Source of the DNA: an uncultured Myxococcales bacterium
GTDB taxonomy: Bacteria; UBA10199; 2-02-FULL-44-16; JAAZCA01
Assembly (NCBI GenBank): GCA_964480565.1
Contig: CAYZSU010000002.1
Coordinates: forward strand, 3,367 to 67,366
Direction of reading: 5' to 3'
Length of the DNA stretch: 64,000 nt
The position numbers and the translations under genes are program-made. This document shows, piece after piece, positions 60,541-64,000 of this stretch. Position 1 is the first letter of the stretch. Every line of letters begins with the position of its first letter. The notes under the pieces were generated by a model that saw only the letters and a list, made by a program, of their open reading frames with translations, did no database searches and was not told where the DNA came from.

Positions 60541-61563
60541 CTATGATTCATATTGCGTTGTCTGAACAAGTCGCATCCGAAGATTTAACCAGACATCGGC
60601 AATTCCCAGCCCAATAACCAATATGGACATGGTGCTAAAAAAAATAATAATTGTAAAATACACAATTAATCGCAAAAATGGCATTGGTCGCTTTGAGAAA
60701 AAATAAGCGATCACAGCAATGCCTTGTAAAAAATATACACCTAATAAAATAAGTACACCGTTGATAGCAATGGATGCAAGCACTGGCAACGAAAGAAGAA
60801 AGGTTGACCCCGCATAAATGAAACCGCTTAGAATCAGTCCCCAAATTATTATATCTGGCACGCGATATGTCATTAAATCCGGCATTTGACCTATCTTAAT
60901 TCGTTTAAACAAATACGTACTCACAGTTGCATTGACGGATATAACCAACAATCCTGACAAACAAATAAATGCTGGCAGTATATGCATCACCTGCACGGCA
61001 AGTAAGCGATGATTATTTTTAATAAATTCAAAAATAGTATCATTGCTTGTTTTTGTTTGCACTATCGCAATCATATCGATCAGCATTCTATCAATATATT
61101 CAATCATTTGAGATAGCACATCCGGCTGTATAGCAATGGCTAAAATACCAATGACAGCACTTATACTAATTGAAACAAATGAAATACGCATGCATGTATT
61201 GAAAATATCACACTTATCCTTTAATGCATCGGCAAGCATCAATCCAATAAGCATATAACATAGAAATACGGCCATATTGCTTAAGATTAAAAAAGGAATT
61301 GAAAAAAAGTCTATAATATTGGGAGTATTTTGAAATACCGCCTGACTTTCCTGAGTGAAATTTGACAAACTCATTACCTGCAAACCAAGAACAATACTCA
61401 TGGCAATCCCTACAGCTATTCGTGCAGATTTTGCCCCATATTTAAGGCTTACATAAATAATAGGCAGCGGAGCAAGTATAGACAGAAGTCCTGTCATATA
61501 CATCATCGCTGAAATACTTATGCTAACGATAAACAGTGCTTTATTGTAATGTCCATTGCGCAT
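60541..61563 (-). CDS. Polytopic membrane protein, DUF2232 (YybS-like)
   Basis: About 8 transmembrane segments. Position between rpsR and rplI mirrors yybS in Bacillus. Confidence 0.45.
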   Translation of the reverse strand: MRNGHYNKALFIVSISISAMMYMTGLLSILAPLPIIYVSLKYGAKSARIAVGIAMSIVLGLQVMSLSNFTQESQAVFQNTPNIIDFFSIPFLILSNMAVFLCYMLIGLMLADALKDKCDIFNTCMRISFVSISISAVIGILAIAIQPDVLSQMIEYIDRMLIDMIAIVQTKTSNDTIFEFIKNNHRLLAVQVMHILPAFICLSGLLVISVNATVSTYLFKRIKIGQMPDLMTYRVPDIIIWGLILSGFIYAGSTFLLSLPVLASIAINGVLILLGVYFLQGIAVIAYFFSKRPMPFLRLIVYFTIIIFFSTMSILVIGLGIADVWLNLRMRLVQTTQYES

Positions 61564-61583
61564 TTTTTTATCTCACCATATAT

Positions 61584-61835
61584 CTACAGCAATGGTAGCT
61601 GCGTTGCTGTAAATGGAATAATTGCTAATACGCGTGCACGTTTAATCGCAATAGTAACTTGACCTTGATGATAGCGGCAATTACCTGTAATACGTCTGGG
61701 TATGATTTTACCGCGCTCAGTCAAATATGGTTTTAAGACCTTGGCATCTTTGTAATCAATAGTTAAATCTTTTTCAGAACAAAATCGGCAACAACGACCG
61801 CGTGCATTCTTATGATTTTTCTTTTTGAATGACAT
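61584..61835 (-). CDS. rpsR: 30S ribosomal protein S18
   Basis: ...CRFCSEK...[26 protein letters not shown]... Confidence 0.9.
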   Translation of the reverse strand: MSFKKKNHKNARGRCCRFCSEKDLTIDYKDAKVLKPYLTERGKIIPRRITGNCRYHQGQVTIAIKRARVLAIIPFTATQLPLL

Positions 61836-62312
61836 TTATGCCTCCTTACTTTCTAACTCAGCAACAGCTTTGGGACGTATTTCAGAAGTAGTTTCTTCTT
61901 TTTTAACGTCATTGGTGCTATCGCTCATTTTTTTTGCACTTACATTCACAGCACTTGTTTCCACTGCATCAGCAGCCTCACCTTTGGCTGCAATTTCTGT
62001 CTGACGTACATTGACATCCACTGTTTCTGCTTTAACAACTGTTAAAAAACGCAATACTGTTTCATCCAAACGAAACATGCGTTCAAGTTGATTTACCACT
62101 TGTGTATTGGCAGCTGCATAGTTGATGCAGGTATACACACCCTTATTTTTCTTATTGATGGGATATGCAAGTGATTTTTGCCCCATACTGCGCGCATAAA
62201 ACAAATGCCCATCATGTTGCTTAATCAAGCCTGCAACCTTATCCTTCATGTCGGATTTTTCCTGCTCAGATAAATTAGGGGTGGTAATTAAAACAGTCTC
62301 ATACTCTCTCAT
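61836..62312 (-). CDS. rpsF: 30S ribosomal protein S6 with acidic C-terminal extension
   Basis: MREYETVLI... S6 fold. AGGAGG Shine-Dalgarno sequence 5 nt upstream. Confidence 0.85.
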   Translation of the reverse strand: MREYETVLITTPNLSEQEKSDMKDKVAGLIKQHDGHLFYARSMGQKSLAYPINKKNKGVYTCINYAAANTQVVNQLERMFRLDETVLRFLTVVKAETVDVNVRQTEIAAKGEAADAVETSAVNVSAKKMSDSTNDVKKEETTSEIRPKAVAELESKEA

Positions 62313-62390
62313 AGATCCTCCTTCCGGGTCTTAAAAATAAGCTCTGGGCCAATCCCAGAACTAAGGAGACTGATAAGTCTTTAATTTAAT

Positions 62391-62610
62391 GGGTTTTTTT
62401 AAAAACGCCCATCATCAGTGTTATTCAGTAAATTCAATTCAGTAGCATATTCTTATGGTTGCGCTCTCATTGAATTTTCTGTTTAGCGATGTGACAACCT
62501 GAGTGTTTGCATTCGCAAATAGCCAAGCTGATCAAGCGCTTATGCATTACTGACAGTGAAAATATAATAGTCGCTGTCTGCTTAAAACCTGGATATTTTT
62601 GAACAGTTCC
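62391..62610 (+). mobile_element. Long mosaic MITE variant (copy F). It has the type-2 left end plus a ~75-bp extra core module, and a truncated/divergent right end that abuts the pth stop codon.
   Basis: GGGTTTTTTTAAAAACGCCCATCATCAGTGTTATTCAG... matches copy D. The middle matches 31911-32040. The end is ...GGATATTTTTGAACAG. Confidence 0.65.
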
Positions 62611-63177
62611 TCAATTTGTATGAAATCGTTGTTGAACATCTGCAAGTGTCATATCGCTTACCAAACATTTAATTGCGCGACTTGCAGTATTAATCAACTC
62701 TTTCAATTGTATATCATCATTACTATCAAAGGCTTGCAATACATAATCCGCGGGATTCATATAATTTGGTGGTCTGCCAATGCCAAACCGAATGCGGTAT
62801 ATGTCCTTACTGCTAAGCATTTGATAAATTGACCGAATGCCATTGTGACCACCATGACCACGATTCGTATCAATTTTTATTTTTCCAAATGAAATATCTA
62901 GATCATCATGAATCACAATAATATCATGGCACTCTATTTTATAATACCCTGCAATACTAGCAACCGCTTCACCAGATAAATTCATAAATGTTTCTGGCTT
63001 AATCAATATGGCAGGCCGATTTTCAATTAGCCCTTTACCGATAAGTGACTTAAATTGCTTATTGCATACATCGATATTCCACTGACCTGCCAAGTAATCG
63101 ATTACATGAAAGCCAATATTATGGCGATGTCTAGAATATCGTCTACCCGGATTACCTAGTCCAACAATTAACTTCAT
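62611..63177 (-). CDS. pth: Peptidyl-tRNA hydrolase
   Basis: MKLIVGLGNPG...HNIGF... catalytic His/Asp blocks. Confidence 0.9.
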   Translation of the reverse strand: MKLIVGLGNPGRRYSRHRHNIGFHVIDYLAGQWNIDVCNKQFKSLIGKGLIENRPAILIKPETFMNLSGEAVASIAGYYKIECHDIIVIHDDLDISFGKIKIDTNRGHGGHNGIRSIYQMLSSKDIYRIRFGIGRPPNYMNPADYVLQAFDSNDDIQLKELINTASRAIKCLVSDMTLADVQQRFHTN

Positions 63178-63182
63178 TCAAC

Positions 63183-63800
63183 TTATGCCTTTGCTACATC
63201 TGCAGCATCATCAGCCTCTTCATCGCTTGAATCGGGTTGTTTAACTGCAGATACAATGGAGACAATCGTAAAATTATCATTATGTGGAAATTCCACACCG
63301 TCACTTAATGTTAAATCATCGGCATGAATACTTTCATGCACACCCAAATCACTGATATTTACTACAATCTCATTTGGAATTTTATCTGGCAATGCACGAA
63401 TGTGTAATGTACGACGCAATTGTTCCACAATACCGCCATCGTTTTTAACTCCCTTGGACAGACCTTCCAATACAACAGGTACTTCCACTTCCAGCTTATC
63501 TTCAGGGCTAACAGCTTGAAAATCCAGATGTCGGATTTCACGTTGAAATGGATCGGCTTGATAATCTCGAATTAATGCCAAACCAGAGTCAAAACCTTCC
63601 ACGCTTAAATCAACAAGCACATTGAGTTTATTATGTTTACGAGCAATTAAGTCCAAATCACCAGCACTTATTGAAATCGCTTTTGACTCAATTGTTTTTC
63701 CATACACAACTGCAGGAATGCGTTGTTCGACACGCGATCTACGTGCAAAGCCTTTACCTACATCTCTTAGCTGTGCTGTTAAGCTTACTTTTTCCATCAT
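63183..63800 (-). CDS. rplY: 50S ribosomal protein L25 / general stress protein Ctc (long form)
   Basis: L25 beta-barrel N-domain (RRSRVEQRIPAVVYGK) plus a Ctc-type C-terminal extension. Confidence 0.85.
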   Translation of the reverse strand: MMEKVSLTAQLRDVGKGFARRSRVEQRIPAVVYGKTIESKAISISAGDLDLIARKHNKLNVLVDLSVEGFDSGLALIRDYQADPFQREIRHLDFQAVSPEDKLEVEVPVVLEGLSKGVKNDGGIVEQLRRTLHIRALPDKIPNEIVVNISDLGVHESIHADDLTLSDGVEFPHNDNFTIVSIVSAVKQPDSSDEEADDAADVAKA

Positions 63801-63848
63801 ATCCTCCTAATAATCGCATTCTATATGCGTATGAATTTCAATATATAA

Positions 63849-64000
63849 TTATACAAATAGCAATGAAATCGAATCTGAATTATGAATTCGTCGAATTGCT
63901 TCTCCTAATAAATCTGCAACAGAAAGAACACGTATACGACCCAATTCTTTTGCTTCTTTTTTCAATGGAATTGTATCGCTTACAATAAGCTCACTCAGCT
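63849..64000 (-). CDS. prs: Ribose-phosphate pyrophosphokinase, C-terminal end only (gene continues past the window edge)
   Basis: Minus-strand translation ...VADLLGEAIRRIHNSDSISLLFV* matches the Prs C-terminus. Stop codon at 63849-63851. Confidence 0.65.
   Translation of the reverse strand, partial: LSELIVSDTIPLKKEAKELGRIRVLSVADLLGEAIRRIHNSDSISLLFV

Noticed and set aside
1-64000. CRISPR arrays, rRNA genes, intact IS transposases, prophage genes
   Set aside because: None seen. The only mobile DNA is non-autonomous repeats.

Overview
AT-rich (~40% GC) bacterial chromosome segment, almost all genes on the minus strand.

Genes in window order:
- Coordinates 1-7: a 5'-truncated ComEC-type MBL-fold gene, a two-part OmpA-family gene, a TPR lipoprotein, tlyA, a SHOCT-domain secreted protein, and a LysM-rich mltD.
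- Coordinates 9.5-28.5 kb: a complete, compact dcw cluster on the minus strand, in the order mraZ, STAS-domain gene, rsmH, ftsL, ftsI (with C-terminal PASTA), murE, murF, mraY, murD, ftsW, murG, murC, murB, ddl, ftsQ, ftsA, ftsZ. A beta-lactamase-family serine hydrolase and an LD-carboxypeptidase lie upstream of it.
- Coordinates 31-33.6 kb: a repeat-rich locus holding a small secreted Hint-like protein, tRNA-Ser(GCU), and a decayed rsgA pseudogene.
- Coordinates 33.6-40.7 kb: an operon encoding a 1004-aa outer-membrane protein (HExxH peptidase-like region, PD40 beta-propeller, C-terminal beta-barrel), a soluble lytic transglycosylase and a small nucleic-acid methyltransferase.
- Coordinates 40.8-51.3 kb: an unconventional alpha-glucan/glycogen cluster (eukaryote-type GT3 glycogen synthase, GT35 phosphorylase, GH57, GT4, archaeal-type debranching enzyme).
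- Coordinates 51.4-64 kb: a Lys/Thr-rich histone-H1-like protein with a DUF2934-like tail, tadA, a ParB-like protein paired with a SplB-like radical SAM enzyme, two small outer-membrane beta-barrel genes, a GT2 transferase, dnaB, rplI, a DUF2232-like membrane protein, rpsR, rpsF, pth, rplY/ctc, and the 3' end of prs.

The most striking signal visible directly in the sequence is a family of ~150-bp MITE-like dispersed repeats. There are at least four full copies flanked by 5-7 bp direct duplications, plus fragments and a longer mosaic variant. The copies have:
- split rsgA;
- inserted in-frame (52 codons) into the signal-peptide region of the OmpA-family gene;
- landed between mraZ and rsmH next to an atypical STAS gene;
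- landed in the 3' UTR of the Hint-like gene beside tRNA-Ser.

No rRNA genes, CRISPR arrays or intact IS transposases were seen.
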